Notes under the pieces: model-generated | What the model was told of the DNA's origin: nothing | Database searches by the model: none | Seen by the model: the letters and a program-made list of their open reading frames with translations, nothing else | Assembly (NCBI GenBank): GCA_965247115.1 | Contig: CBDFGR010000002.1 | Coordinates: forward strand, 2,016,001 to 2,080,000 | DNA: 64,000 nucleotides | Reading direction: 5' to 3' | DNA from: Myxococcota bacterium | GTDB taxonomy: Bacteria; Myxococcota_A; UBA9160; SZUA-336 | Shown: in pieces, positions 17,915 to 28,365 of the stretch | Layout: every line of letters starts with the position of its first letter | Position numbering within the stretch: the first letter of the stretch is position 1 | Position numbers and translations under genes: made by a program

Positions 17915-20164
17915 ATGCGTATGCTTACCTGCCTTCTCTGTGTAGCGCTTGTCGCGGGACTGGCCGGCATCACGCCAGCCGCGGAACCGACGGGTGCGGA
18001 CTCTGCAGCGGCGAAGACGGCGCAGGTACCGTTGCCAAGCACTCCCGAAGAAGACGGGTTGCGGCGCCCGTTTCTGCGCGCCGAGCGTACGGCTGTCCCT
18101 CCGATCATCGACGGCGACCTTACCGACGAGGTATGGGCGCTAGGCGCGCCAATCCGCGACCTGTTCGTCGACCAGCCCGTCGAGGGGGATCCGCTGCCCC
18201 AGAGAACGGAGATCCGCATTCTGTACGACGACGACGCCCTCTACTTCGCGGCGTGGTGCTACGACACCGAGCCGGACGAGATCACGGCGTCGATCATGCG
18301 CCGCGACGCGAGCCCTCGCAATCAGGATTTCATCATGATCCTGCTCGACCCGTTCGGCGAGAGGCGCTCAGGCTACGTTTTCGCCGTGACTCCGATTACC
18401 ACCCGCTGGGACTCGCTCATCGAAGAGGCGGGCAGCGTCAACCAGGAGTGGGACGGTATCTGGTACGCACAGGCGCGCCGGAACGGCGAAGGGTGGGTCG
18501 TGGAGATTGCCATCCCGTTCAAGTCGTTGAACTTTCCGGAGGACCGGAGCACCTGGGGCTTTAACATTGCCCGCGGGATCTCGCGCTACAACCAGACCGG
18601 CCGCTGGGCTAATGCTCTCCCGCACGCGTTCCTGTTTGACCCGGGGTATTTCGGGGACCTGGGCGGCCTCGAGGGACTCGAGCAGGGGCTCGGCATCGAC
18701 GCGGTGCCCGCGCTCGCACTGCGCCAGATTCGCAACAACTCTGAGAGCCGGGTGAACGAGGAGGCCGATCCCTCTCTCGACCTGTTCTACAAGATCACGC
18801 CATCGCTGACGTCGGTTCTCACCGTGAACACCGACTTCTCCGAGGCCGAACCTGACAAGCGTGAAGCGAACCTGACGCGCTTCTCGCTCTTCTTTCCGGA
18901 GCAACGCGACTTCTTCCTGCAAGACGCCGGGATCTTCAACTTCGGCGACTTCGGGACGTTCCGCGGGCCGAACACCCGCTCCAAGGTCAACGGTCAGCCT
19001 TTCTTCTCGCGGCGCATCGCCCTCGACGAGGACGGACCGCTGTCCCTTCGGATCGGGGGCAAGACGACCGGGCGCATCGGGCCACTCAACCTGGGGATGC
19101 TCTCGACCCGCGTGGAGGGTCACGGCGAGGTGAACGGGAAGTGGCTCTCGGTCGCGCGCGGCTACCTCAACGTGCTCGAGGAGTCGCGGCTCGGCTTCAT
19201 TGCCACGTACGGGTCACCGGACACGAACGAGCACAACAAGCTCTACGGCGGGGACTTCAACTACCGGAGCAGCTCGTTCCTTGGAGACAAGATCCTGGAG
19301 AGCAGCCTCTGGGCCCAGAAGACGTCCTCGCCGGACTCGAAGGACCGCGATGCCGCGCTGGGAGCGTCGCTTGCCTATCCCAACGACCGCTGGAACTGGA
19401 GAGCGAGCGCGACCGAGATTCAGGCGAACTTCAACCCGGCGCTTGGCTTCGCGAACCGCATCGGCATCCGAGAGTACCGAGCCGCCCTGAAGCGCCGCTT
19501 TCGTCCGGGAGGCACGATCCGCCGCGTCGACGTGGGCGGCGACGTCGAGCTCGTCACCGGGACCGACAACGACTTCGAGTCGCTGATCGTCAACGCTGAC
19601 CTGTTCTTCATGGAGACCGAGAAGGGCGACGAAACGCGCGTGCGCGTGGTCTACCGGCGCGAGGACCTGCTCGAGGACTTCGAGATCCGAGAGGGAATCG
19701 TCATCCCCAAGGAGCACTACCGTTTCGACCGCTACAACCTGAAGCTCGACACGTCGCGCTACCGGCAAGCCGAGCTCACAGTCGAGCTCGAGTTCGGCCA
19801 GTTCTTCACGGGCACCCGCTTCGACATCCTGACGAGCTTCGAGTACCGGCCCAGCCCGCACTTCTCACTGCTAGCGGAATACGAGCAGTTCCAGGTGCGG
19901 TTGCCGGAAGGAAACTTCACGACGCGCATCGCGCGCCTGGGGATCGACGTTGCGTTCTCCGCGACGATTTCGTGGCGCAATCTGATCCAGTGGGACAACG
20001 AGACGGACGAGCTGACCGTCAACAGTCGCTTTCGCTGGATCATCGAGCCCGGCCGCGAGCTCTTCGTGATCCTGGACCCGTCCTTCTTTCGCGAAGACCG
20101 TCTAAGGCTCACGTCGACGACGACAGACCTCGTGCTGAAGCTGCTCTGGACCTACCGGTTCTAA
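17915..20164 (+). CDS. Outer-membrane protein with carbohydrate-binding family 9-like N-domain and DUF5916-like beta-barrel
   Basis: Signal peptide; PIIDGDLTDEVW, EIAIPFKSL, VNTDFSEAE, NLTRFSLFFPEQRDFFL, FFSRRI; ends YRF. Confidence 0.8.
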   Translation: MRMLTCLLCVALVAGLAGITPAAEPTGADSAAAKTAQVPLPSTPEEDGLRRPFLRAERTAVPPIIDGDLTDEVWALGAPIRDLFVDQPVEGDPLPQRTEIRILYDDDALYFAAWCYDTEPDEITASIMRRDASPRNQDFIMILLDPFGERRSGYVFAVTPITTRWDSLIEEAGSVNQEWDGIWYAQARRNGEGWVVEIAIPFKSLNFPEDRSTWGFNIARGISRYNQTGRWANALPHAFLFDPGYFGDLGGLEGLEQGLGIDAVPALALRQIRNNSESRVNEEADPSLDLFYKITPSLTSVLTVNTDFSEAEPDKREANLTRFSLFFPEQRDFFLQDAGIFNFGDFGTFRGPNTRSKVNGQPFFSRRIALDEDGPLSLRIGGKTTGRIGPLNLGMLSTRVEGHGEVNGKWLSVARGYLNVLEESRLGFIATYGSPDTNEHNKLYGGDFNYRSSSFLGDKILESSLWAQKTSSPDSKDRDAALGASLAYPNDRWNWRASATEIQANFNPALGFANRIGIREYRAALKRRFRPGGTIRRVDVGGDVELVTGTDNDFESLIVNADLFFMETEKGDETRVRVVYRREDLLEDFEIREGIVIPKEHYRFDRYNLKLDTSRYRQAELTVELEFGQFFTGTRFDILTSFEYRPSPHFSLLAEYEQFQVRLPEGNFTTRIARLGIDVAFSATISWRNLIQWDNETDELTVNSRFRWIIEPGRELFVILDPSFFREDRLRLTSTTTDLVLKLLWTYRF

Positions 20165-20180
20165 ACCGTTGCCGAGGCGG

Positions 20181-20275
20181 CGGCCCGAGAGTCCGGGCAC
20201 GGCCCGAGAGTCCGGGCACGGCCCGAGAGTCCGGGCACGGCCCGAGAGTCCGGGCACGGCCCGAGAGTCCGGGCA
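20181..20275. repeat. Perfect tandem repeat, 5 x 19 bp (CGGCCCGAGAGTCCGGGCA)
   Basis: Five identical units read directly; each contains the inverted repeat GCCCG...CGGGC; lies between convergent genes. Confidence 0.97.
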
Positions 20276-20314
20276 CGATCTGTCCGATTCGAGCTCTTGC
20301 CCGCGAGCTGCCGC

Positions 20315-22051
20315 TCAGGCGTGTCCGTGGCGCAGGAGCTTGCCGGGCGTGGCGCCCGTGCACTTGCCATCCTCGAAGGTGACCTGACCGTTAACGAGGA
20401 TCGCCTTGTAGCCCTCGGCCTGCTGAACGCGACGCCACTCGTCGCCCGGGAGGTCGCGGGTGATCTCGCCGACCCAGTGCGGCGAGACGTCCAGACCCTC
20501 CAGGTCGTAGACGACGATGTCCGCCGGTGCGCCCTCGCGCAGCGTTCCGCGATCCCGGAAGCCCGCCGCGTGTGCCGGTAGCGCGCTCAGGCGGTAGTGG
20601 GCCTCCTCGAGCGAGATCCTCTGCTCGTCGCGCACCATCCACATTAGGAAGTCGGTCGTGAAGGATCCTCCTGTGAAGAACTTGGTGTGCGCTCCACCGT
20701 CGGAGACACCGGGAAAAGTGTAGGGCGAGTTCGCAATCATTTCCTCGATGTACTCCGGGTTGAACTGACCTCGATCCGGCCCGAGGAACTCGACCTTGAG
20801 CTCGCCCGCCACCGAGAGGTCGAGCATCGCGTCGATCACGTGCTTGTGCTCCTCGGATGCGATCTCACCCACCGTCTTGCCGACATAGGATTGCAGCTCG
20901 TCATGATCGCCCACGTCCTGCACGATCAGGTGGTCGATCGTGCCCCCGATCCCCGCCTGAACCCGGCGCAGCTTTCGGTCGGCCTCCTCGGTCTGGTGTT
21001 TCATGGCCTCGCGGATCTCGGGGTCCGCCAGCTTGTGCAGGCGCTCCTCGTAGGTGCCCGTAGTCGCGGCGCGCCAGGCCGGGCTACTGTCGTAGAGGTT
21101 CCAGTTCTCCAGCGTGAAAGCGAAGCCCGTGCGAGCGGTGCCGCCCTGGCCGAACATGCGCAGACCACGCTCGTTGCACTCGACCAGCCAGTCCAGGATC
21201 CGCCGATGGATGTGCGGTGCCCGCTTCGCCACCGCGATGACGTTGTGCAAAACGGGGCGTCCGGCTACGTCCGCGAGCTTCACCTGGAAGTCCAGGTCCG
21301 CCTCGCGGTCCCCCGTGGCTTGTGTGATCTGGATGAAGCCCTCATCCCGCTCGCGCAGCACGCGCGCCAGGTTCAGGATGTCTTCGTCTGCCATGGTGTC
21401 GGTCACCATCGGGCTGCCGTCGAAGTCGGCCTGCGTGGAATCCGGACCGAGGCGCTGGATCGAGAAGCCACACAGCCCCGCGTCCATACCCTGGTGCAGC
21501 AGGCGAGCCATCTCCTCGCGCTCGGCGAGTGTCGCAGGGCGCGTCTTCGCGGCCTCGAGACCCATGACGTAGGTCATCAACGAGGCCGTCGGCATGTACT
21601 GCAGGCAGTTCACGCCCTTGGGAGCGCGCTCGAGAGAGTCCAGATACTCAGGGATCGTCTCCCAGTCCCAGTCCATGCCCTGCCTCATCGACTCGAACGG
21701 AATCGCCTCCGTGCGCGTCATCGTCAGCATCGAGCGTTCGCGGAAGTCCGGCTTCACGGGCGCGAAGCCGAAGCCGCAGTTTCCAAGCACGACGGACGTC
21801 ACTCCGTGCCAGCCGGAGATGGTGCACCACGGATCCCAGCGGATCTGGGCGTCGTAGTGCGTGTGGAGGTCGACGAAGCCGGGAGCGACGATAAGCCCCT
21901 CGGCGTCGATCACGCGCTCGGCTTCACCGAGGGTGCGGCCCCCGAGCTGAGCGATCCGCCCGTCCTTGATCCACAGGTCGCTGCGGTAACGCGGAACTCG
22001 CGTCCCGTCGACAATCGTGCCGCCTCGAATCTGAACGTCGTACTCAGCCAT
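20315..22051 (-). CDS. N-acyl-D-amino-acid deacylase family amidohydrolase
   Basis: [57 protein letters not shown]. Confidence 0.88.
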   Translation of the reverse strand: MAEYDVQIRGGTIVDGTRVPRYRSDLWIKDGRIAQLGGRTLGEAERVIDAEGLIVAPGFVDLHTHYDAQIRWDPWCTISGWHGVTSVVLGNCGFGFAPVKPDFRERSMLTMTRTEAIPFESMRQGMDWDWETIPEYLDSLERAPKGVNCLQYMPTASLMTYVMGLEAAKTRPATLAEREEMARLLHQGMDAGLCGFSIQRLGPDSTQADFDGSPMVTDTMADEDILNLARVLRERDEGFIQITQATGDREADLDFQVKLADVAGRPVLHNVIAVAKRAPHIHRRILDWLVECNERGLRMFGQGGTARTGFAFTLENWNLYDSSPAWRAATTGTYEERLHKLADPEIREAMKHQTEEADRKLRRVQAGIGGTIDHLIVQDVGDHDELQSYVGKTVGEIASEEHKHVIDAMLDLSVAGELKVEFLGPDRGQFNPEYIEEMIANSPYTFPGVSDGGAHTKFFTGGSFTTDFLMWMVRDEQRISLEEAHYRLSALPAHAAGFRDRGTLREGAPADIVVYDLEGLDVSPHWVGEITRDLPGDEWRRVQQAEGYKAILVNGQVTFEDGKCTGATPGKLLRHGHA

Positions 22052-22177
22052 GGCGCTTTTCCCCCTTCGATTGCTGCGCTTCACCGCCATGATAGATCCT
22101 CAGCACCCGCCAGACCAGCATTCTCTCTCGACTCCGGATCCGCTCCTGGCCGACCGGACTGGCTCACGAGTAGCTCC

Positions 22178-22206
22178 TTGACTTCATCCAGCGTTGGCGG
22201 TCGAAT
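22178..22206 (+). promoter_or_regulatory. Candidate sigma70 promoter for the iorAB-mau unit
   Basis: TTGACT-17 bp-TCGAAT upstream of ATG 22265. Confidence 0.35.
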
Positions 22207-22264
22207 GGGGAAGGGTAGAGGACGCAAGCGATCCGCGGCTCGCGGATCGGAGGGACAGCCACAC

Positions 22265-22738
22265 ATGGTCTCCATCTCGGTCAATGGTCGGCGCCACGAT
22301 GTGGATGTCGACCCTTCGACGCCGCTTCTCTGGGTTCTGCGTGACAGCCTGAACCTGACCGGCACGAAGTATGGTTGTGGCATCGCAGAGTGCGGCGCCT
22401 GCACGGTCCACATCGGCGGGATCGCGACACGCTCGTGCGTGACGCCGGTAGCCGCCGCCGGAGGACAAGAGGTCACCACGATCGAGGGGCTCTCCGAGGG
22501 CGGGCTGCAGCCGCTCCAGGAAGCCTGGCTGGAGCTGGACGTCGTCCAGTGTGGATACTGTCAGCCCGGGCAGATCATGTCGGCGGCAGCGCTCCTCGCG
22601 AAGGTCCCGAATCCGACCGATCGGGACATCGACGAGGCCATGAGCGGCAACATCTGCCGCTGCGGCGTGTACAACCGGATTCGCTCCGCCATCAAGCATG
22701 CTGCGAGCGTGCGACAGACGCAGGAAGTGGAAGGATGA
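22265..22738 (+). CDS. iorA: (2Fe-2S)-binding small subunit, isoquinoline/aldehyde oxidoreductase alpha-like
   Basis: [33 protein letters not shown]. Confidence 0.92.
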   Translation: MVSISVNGRRHDVDVDPSTPLLWVLRDSLNLTGTKYGCGIAECGACTVHIGGIATRSCVTPVAAAGGQEVTTIEGLSEGGLQPLQEAWLELDVVQCGYCQPGQIMSAAALLAKVPNPTDRDIDEAMSGNICRCGVYNRIRSAIKHAASVRQTQEVEG

Positions 22739-24888
22739 GCCCCGAACTCGGCTTCTCTCGCCGCCGTTTCCTCCAGACGACAGGCGCCGTCACCGGCGGT
22801 CTCGTGCTCGGCTTCTATCTGCCCGATCGATCGCTGGGGCGCGCCGCGGCCGCTACTCCGCAGCCTTTCGCGCCGAACGCCTTCGTACGCATCGCCACCG
22901 ACGACACCATCACGGTATTGGTCAACAAATCCGAGATGGGACAGGGTGTCTACACCTCCCTTCCGATGCTGATCGCCGAGGAGCTCGATGCGGATTGGAG
23001 CCGGATCCAGGTCCAGTCGGCACCGGCCGAGCCGGTCTACTACGACCCGGGTTTCGGGGTGTATCTGACCGGCGGCAGCTCGAGCACGGCCTCCTCCTGG
23101 CAACGGCTCCGAACGGCCGGCGCCACGACCCGCGCGTTGCTCGTGAACGCGGCGGCCCAGACCTGGAGCGTGGACGCGAGCTCTCTCCGTACGGAGAGCG
23201 GTCACGTGATCCATCCTGCCAGCGGTCGCCGTGCCTCCTACGGCAGCCTGGCGGAGCGGGCTGCTGCGCTTCCGATTCCGGAGGACGTACAGCTGAAGGA
23301 TCCGAAGAACTTCACACTCATCGGAACCGACGTGAAGCGGATCGAGGGTCCCGAGAAGGTCACCGGGCAGGCGGTGTTTGCCATCGACCTGAAGCTTCCC
23401 GGCATGCTGACCGCCGTGGTGGCGCATGCTCCCGTCTGCGGGGGCAGGGTGAGAAGCTTCAACGCCGACAAGGCGCTCTCTGGCGCCGGAGTCGTCAAGG
23501 TCAAGCAGATCAGCTCGGGCATCGCCGTCATAGCCAGGGATTTCTGGACAGCAAAAAAGGCACGCGAAGAGCTCGAGATCGAATGGGACGATGGCGAGGG
23601 CGCAGAGCTCTCCACGGCAGCGATGCGCCAGCAGTACCTGAAGCTGGCAGAGGAGCCGGGAGCGATCGCCGAGGACTCCGGTGATGCGGGGACGGCGCTC
23701 GAGGTGGCCGCAAAGACGATCGAAGCCGTCTACGAAGTGCCGTACCTGACGCACGCGTGCATGGAACCCCTGAGCGCCACCGCACATGTCCGCGAAGACG
23801 GCTGCGACATCTGGGCCGGTACCCAGTACCAGAGCAACGATCAGCTTGTGGCCGCCAAGATCCTGGGCTCGAAGCCGGAGCTGGTTCGTATTCACACGAC
23901 TTTGCTAGGTGGAGGCTTCGGCCGCCGGGCCACCCCTACCTCCGACTTCGTCGCAGATGCCGTCGAAGTTGCCAGAGGCGAGAAGGTGCCGGTGAAGACC
24001 ATCTGGACCCGCGAAGATGACATCCGCTGCGGGTACTACCGCCCGATGTTCGTTCACAAGCTGGCCGCCGGTCTCGACGGCGACGACATGCCCGTCGCCT
24101 GGCACCAGAGGCTCGTCGGCCAGTCCATCGGGGTCAACACGATGTTCCATTCCGAGAACGGCATTGACAACATGTCGGTAGAAGGCGCGACTCAGATGCC
24201 CTACGCCATTCCCAACCGTCGCGTCGAGCTGCACTCACCCCGACAACCGGTGACGGTACTCTGGTGGCGCTCGGTGGGTCACAGCCACACCGGGTTTGTC
24301 AGCGAGAGCTTTCTCGACGAGCTGGCTCATGCCGGCGCGAAAGACCCGTTCGAGCTTCGTCGCACACTTCTCGCAAACGAGCCCCGTTACCTCGGGGTGC
24401 TCGAGCTAGCGGCCGAGAGAGCGGGTTGGGGCACGCCCCTGCCAGAGGGCCGCGCGCGCGGCATCGCCACGCACAAGATGCATGGCACCTACGTGGCCCA
24501 GGTCGCGGAGGTGTCCGTCGAGGCTGGCCAGGTTCGAGTCCATCGAGTCGTCTGCGCCGTTGACTGCGGCATCGTCATGAACCCCTGGAACGTGAGGTCC
24601 CAGATGGAGGGCGGCATCGTCTTTGGATTGACCGCGGCACTCCACAGCGAGCTGACGGTCGACAAGGGTCGGATCCAGCAGAGCAATTTTCACGATTATC
24701 CCGTGCTCCGGATGGACGAGATGCCCAAGATCGACGTCTATATGGTTCCGAGCCGAGAGCAGCCGACGGGTGTCGGTGAGCTCGCAGTTCCCGCCATCGC
24801 GCCGGCTGTGGCAAACGCTCTCTTCGCCCTGACGAGAAAGCGCATCCGGAAGCTCCCGATTCGTCTGGAGGAAGCGGTCGACGTCTAA
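22735..24888 (+). CDS. iorB: Molybdopterin-binding large subunit (xanthine dehydrogenase family, IorB-like) with Tat signal
   Basis: FSRRRFLQ twin-arginine, [43 protein letters not shown] overlap with iorA. Confidence 0.92.
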   Translation: MSPELGFSRRRFLQTTGAVTGGLVLGFYLPDRSLGRAAAATPQPFAPNAFVRIATDDTITVLVNKSEMGQGVYTSLPMLIAEELDADWSRIQVQSAPAEPVYYDPGFGVYLTGGSSSTASSWQRLRTAGATTRALLVNAAAQTWSVDASSLRTESGHVIHPASGRRASYGSLAERAAALPIPEDVQLKDPKNFTLIGTDVKRIEGPEKVTGQAVFAIDLKLPGMLTAVVAHAPVCGGRVRSFNADKALSGAGVVKVKQISSGIAVIARDFWTAKKAREELEIEWDDGEGAELSTAAMRQQYLKLAEEPGAIAEDSGDAGTALEVAAKTIEAVYEVPYLTHACMEPLSATAHVREDGCDIWAGTQYQSNDQLVAAKILGSKPELVRIHTTLLGGGFGRRATPTSDFVADAVEVARGEKVPVKTIWTREDDIRCGYYRPMFVHKLAAGLDGDDMPVAWHQRLVGQSIGVNTMFHSENGIDNMSVEGATQMPYAIPNRRVELHSPRQPVTVLWWRSVGHSHTGFVSESFLDELAHAGAKDPFELRRTLLANEPRYLGVLELAAERAGWGTPLPEGRARGIATHKMHGTYVAQVAEVSVEAGQVRVHRVVCAVDCGIVMNPWNVRSQMEGGIVFGLTAALHSELTVDKGRIQQSNFHDYPVLRMDEMPKIDVYMVPSREQPTGVGELAVPAIAPAVANALFALTRKRIRKLPIRLEEAVDV

Positions 24889-24965
24889 CGAAAGTGCTGC
24901 CCCCACTGCCTTGTGGTCTCCCGATACGCATGATAGAAGGGCCGAAACCTGAGGGGGACCAACGG

Positions 24966-26204
24966 ATGCGAACGCCTCGATCGTGGCTTCTTGGGGCGGC
25001 CTGTCTTCTCGTGGTGAGCGTCGGCTGGTCCGCAGCGCAGGTGCGGGCCGACCTGGCGCCCGAGCCCCTGAACGTCGTTCTGGAACTCGGTCCCGCCTCG
25101 CCGCACTGGGTGCTGTACAACTCTTTTGTGTCGATCGAAGCCGGCACCTTCGTGCTCTTCGATGCCGACACTGCGGAGTTCAAAGCCCACATCTCGGTGG
25201 GCATGATCCCGTCGCTCCAGCAGTCGCCCGATGGGCGCGAGCTCTACGTTGCGGACACCTACCTCGAAGGGCCGGAGCGCCTGCGCAGGGACGTGCTGAG
25301 CATCTACGACACCCGCGATTACAGCCTGAGCGGCACGATCGCGTTGCCGGGGAATCGGCGGGCGCTCATGGCTCCGCACCCGAAGGCGGCTGTGATCGAC
25401 GGCGGCCGCTTCTTGGTGCTCTTCAACTTCACACCCGGCACCGGGGTCACCGTGATCGATACGTCGGCGCGCAGCGTCGTCGGCGAGATCGCCACACCCG
25501 GCTGCTCGCTCGTGTACCCGACGGGTACCCGCGGCGTCTCGATGATCTGCGGGGATGGCAGGCTCCTGACCCTTCAGCTCGATTCGAACGGCCGCCTTGC
25601 GAAGCGGATCAGCAGCGAGCCCTTCTTCGATCCCGATGTGGACCCCGTGATCGAGAACGCCGCCGCGCTCGGCAGTACCTGGTACTTCCCGAGCTACTCG
25701 GGAGACGTGTATCCGGTCGACCTGTCCGGCGATGAGCCCGTCTTTCACGAGCCCTGGCCGCTCGTGGATCACGACAAGAAGCCGGCCAACTTCCTGAGTG
25801 CACTCCTGAGCGGGGGCAAGGCCGGCCCATGGCTCCCCGGCGGGGGCCAGCTCATCTCGGCGCACGCTGCGCGAGGGGAGCTCTTCGTGCTGATGCATCC
25901 GGTCGCGTGGAGCGAGGAGAAAGACGACCCCGATGGCGACCACGTCCACCCGGGGGCAGAGGTCTGGGTGTACGATGCCGCTGCCAAGGTCCGGACACGG
26001 CGTCTCGCTCTTCAAGGTGTAGGTGGCACGGTCTATGTAACTGCCGATGACCAGCCTCTGATGCTGGTGAGTGCTAGTGATAGAGATCAAGCGAACAGGC
26101 GACTCGAGGTGTACGATGCCGCGACGGGCGAGTATCTGCGCCAGCTGACGGGCGCGAGCGCGTTTCACTTCGAGGGTGCGCCGGGGAGTGGGGGAGCGCG
26201 ATGA
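24966..26204 (+). CDS. mauB: TTQ amine dehydrogenase large (heavy) subunit, beta-propeller
   Basis: Signal peptide, SPDGRELYVADTY, FNFTPGTGVTVID, EIATPGCSLVYP, ICGDG, LFVLMH, EVWVYD; adjacent to light chain. Confidence 0.9.
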   Translation: MRTPRSWLLGAACLLVVSVGWSAAQVRADLAPEPLNVVLELGPASPHWVLYNSFVSIEAGTFVLFDADTAEFKAHISVGMIPSLQQSPDGRELYVADTYLEGPERLRRDVLSIYDTRDYSLSGTIALPGNRRALMAPHPKAAVIDGGRFLVLFNFTPGTGVTVIDTSARSVVGEIATPGCSLVYPTGTRGVSMICGDGRLLTLQLDSNGRLAKRISSEPFFDPDVDPVIENAAALGSTWYFPSYSGDVYPVDLSGDEPVFHEPWPLVDHDKKPANFLSALLSGGKAGPWLPGGGQLISAHAARGELFVLMHPVAWSEEKDDPDGDHVHPGAEVWVYDAAAKVRTRRLALQGVGGTVYVTADDQPLMLVSASDRDQANRRLEVYDAATGEYLRQLTGASAFHFEGAPGSGGAR

Positions 26205-26734
26205 GCACACTGCAGCGACTGGACGGATGGACCGATCGGGTATCTCGAGGGCTCGCGCGCCGGAGCTCGCGTCGCGCGTTTGTTTCGCGTCTCGGTACCT
26301 GGCTGGTGGGTGGAGCGCTGGCGCCGCTCCTGCTCCCCGTGGCCCGCGTTCACGCAGGGAGCGAGCCCGCGGAGCTGGCCGAGTCCGGAGATGCGCGAGG
26401 CTGCGATTACTGGCGCTACTGCGCGCAGAACGGGCCGCTCTGCAGCTGCTGCGGGGGCGCAGCCAATGCATGCCCCCCGGGGACCGAGATGTCGAGCATG
26501 GCCTGGATCGGCACCTGTCGAAATCCGGACGACGGCAAGCAGTATCTGATCTCCTACAACGATTGCTGCGGCAAGAGCTTCTGTCCCGAGTGCTCGTGCA
26601 GTCGCCACGACAGCGAGATGCCGGTCTATCGGCCGGCCAAGGCGGGCGACGTGCACTGGTGCTCGGCCAATGAGAGCGCGGCCATCACCTGCACGGTGGC
26701 GGTCGTGCTGGGGACTGCGGAGGATGCGGGGTAG
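26201..26734 (+). CDS. mauA: TTQ amine dehydrogenase light chain (aromatic amine dehydrogenase-like Cys pattern)
   Basis: Tat motif SSRRAFV; CDYWRYC, CSCCGG, CPPG, WIGTC, YNDCC, DVHWC; both TTQ-forming Trp present (codons 26504, 26657); 14 Cys. Confidence 0.95.
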   Translation: MSTLQRLDGWTDRVSRGLARRSSRRAFVSRLGTWLVGGALAPLLLPVARVHAGSEPAELAESGDARGCDYWRYCAQNGPLCSCCGGAANACPPGTEMSSMAWIGTCRNPDDGKQYLISYNDCCGKSFCPECSCSRHDSEMPVYRPAKAGDVHWCSANESAAITCTVAVVLGTAEDAG

Positions 26735-27215
26735 GGCAGTCTGCCTCGGGGCGGTCCTGCTAGCTGTGGCGCCGGCTCTGGTGAACGCCGGCTACACGGC
26801 GAAGACGAACTACATCCTGCACTGCCAGGGCTGCCATGGCGCCGACGGGGTGGGCAGAATCCCCGACCAGGTTCCGCCGCTATCGAACTCGATGGGCTAC
26901 TTCCTGCACGTGCCCGGGGGGCGCCGCTACCTGGCTCAGGTGCCGGGCATAGCCCATGCGCCGATCGATGACGCGGAGGTTGCGGCGCTCCTGAACTTCG
27001 CGCTTCGGCGCTTCAGCTCCGGCCAGCTTCCCGCCCCCTTCGTACCGTACTCGACAGAAGAGGTGGCGCGGCAGCGCCGCTCGGCGCCAGACGTGGTCTC
27101 CCTGCGTGAGGAACTCGTCACTGCGATTCGCGAGCGCCTTGGGGTCCGCATCTGGACGGAGGACGATCCCACGCGAGGCCCAGAGCCCGGGAGACCCGGT
27201 GGACCTCTCTATTGA
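26724..27215 (+). CDS. Periplasmic monohaem cytochrome c
   Basis: Signal peptide, NYILHCQGCH, GGRRYLAQVPG. Confidence 0.85.
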   Translation: MRGRAVCLGAVLLAVAPALVNAGYTAKTNYILHCQGCHGADGVGRIPDQVPPLSNSMGYFLHVPGGRRYLAQVPGIAHAPIDDAEVAALLNFALRRFSSGQLPAPFVPYSTEEVARQRRSAPDVVSLREELVTAIRERLGVRIWTEDDPTRGPEPGRPGGPLY

Positions 27216-27741
27216 TCCGGTCTTCGGTCTCACGAGCCGTCTGCTGGCAGCGCTCGTCTTCGGAACGGCCGCGCTCCAGAAGCTTCGGGCACCCCGCGAG
27301 TTCGTCGCCGTGCTCCGCGACTATCGACTCCTCCCCGCCTCGCTGGTGGAGGTATCTGCGGCTCTTGTGATCTGTGCCGAGGCCTTCGCCGTCCTCGGGA
27401 TCTGGTGGTTGGCCCTGCGCGGCTGGGCCGCGGCGACCGCCGTGGCTCTGCTCGCAGCGTACAGCATTGCCATAGGCCTCAACCTCTTGCGCGGGCGCCG
27501 CGAGATCGACTGCGGCTGCTCCTTCGGCGCTGCCGGTCAACCCCTGTCGCCGGCCCTCCTCGTTCGCAACGCTCTCCTCGTACTGCCGTGCGCCGCCGCC
27601 GGACTTCCGGAGAGGGACGCGCTCCACGGGCTCGGACTCGTCGTGGCGTTCTTCGGGGCCGCTGCCTTTGCGCTCTGCTATCAGGCGTGGGGCGTACTGC
27701 TCGCGAACCGACCGCAGGTGTTGCGGCTGGAGGACCGATGA
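27199..27741 (+). CDS. mauE: Methylamine utilisation membrane protein MauE
   Basis: AALQKL...F...DYRLLP, NLLRGRREIDCGC, LLVRN; GTG start after GGGAGA. Confidence 0.9.
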   Translation: MDLSIDPVFGLTSRLLAALVFGTAALQKLRAPREFVAVLRDYRLLPASLVEVSAALVICAEAFAVLGIWWLALRGWAAATAVALLAAYSIAIGLNLLRGRREIDCGCSFGAAGQPLSPALLVRNALLVLPCAAAGLPERDALHGLGLVVAFFGAAAFALCYQAWGVLLANRPQVLRLEDR

Positions 27742-28349
27742 GCGACGTGGTCGTCGCCTCCTCGATCCTGCTGCTCTGGATCGCGGTGGTCGCACTCGCT
27801 CTTGCGGTCTTCGGACTCAGCCGACAGATCGGCGTGCTTCTGGAACGCGTCGCGCCAGGCGGCGCGCTGATGACGGGCAAGGGTCTCGAGCCGGGTGAGC
27901 TCGCACCCGAGCTCACGCTGACCGCCCTCGATGGCGCCTCGATCCATGTGGGCGGCGAGCACAGTGACCAGCGCAGTACGCTGGTCTTCTTCCTGTCTCC
28001 GACCTGTCCCATGTGTGATGCGGTGCTTCCCGCGGTGCGCACCCTGGCACGGAGTGAGCGCGGCTGGCTCGATGTCGTGCTGGCGAGCGACGGTGATGAC
28101 GCCGACCACGCCGCCTACGTGCGGCGCAAGAACCTCGGTGCACTGCCGTATGTCGTCTCGCGCGAGCTGGGCCTGCGCTTTCGCGTGGGTCAGCTGCCGC
28201 ACGCGGCGCTCGTCGGCGAGAACGGTGTTGTCGTTGCCGCCGGGCTTACGAATACCCGCGAGCACGTCGAAAGCCTGCTCGAGGCGAAGCGCCGCGGGGT
28301 GGGTTCGCTGCAGGAGTACCTGAAGCTCGACTCGGCCCGCGAAGCCTGA
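27738..28349 (+). CDS. mauD: Methylamine dehydrogenase accessory thioredoxin-like protein MauD
   Basis: N-terminal TM, RQIGVLLERVAPGGAL, FFLSPTCPMC, GLTNTREHVESL, SLQEYL. Confidence 0.92.
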   Translation: MSDVVVASSILLLWIAVVALALAVFGLSRQIGVLLERVAPGGALMTGKGLEPGELAPELTLTALDGASIHVGGEHSDQRSTLVFFLSPTCPMCDAVLPAVRTLARSERGWLDVVLASDGDDADHAAYVRRKNLGALPYVVSRELGLRFRVGQLPHAALVGENGVVVAAGLTNTREHVESLLEAKRRGVGSLQEYLKLDSAREA

Positions 28350-28365
28350 GGAGCAGTGCGACCAC

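Noticed and set aside
20181..20275. Palindromic repeat array as a CRISPR
   Set aside because: Units are contiguous with no spacers, only 19 bp long, and no cas genes are present
20687..22264. 683-aa ORF suggesting a large N-terminal fusion to the 2Fe-2S subunit
   Set aside because: The extension is the antisense shadow of the deacylase; ATG 22265 has a GGAGGG RBS and gives a normal-length subunit
22375..22734. N-terminal extension of IorB
   Set aside because: Overlaps iorA; the Tat motif places the start at 22735
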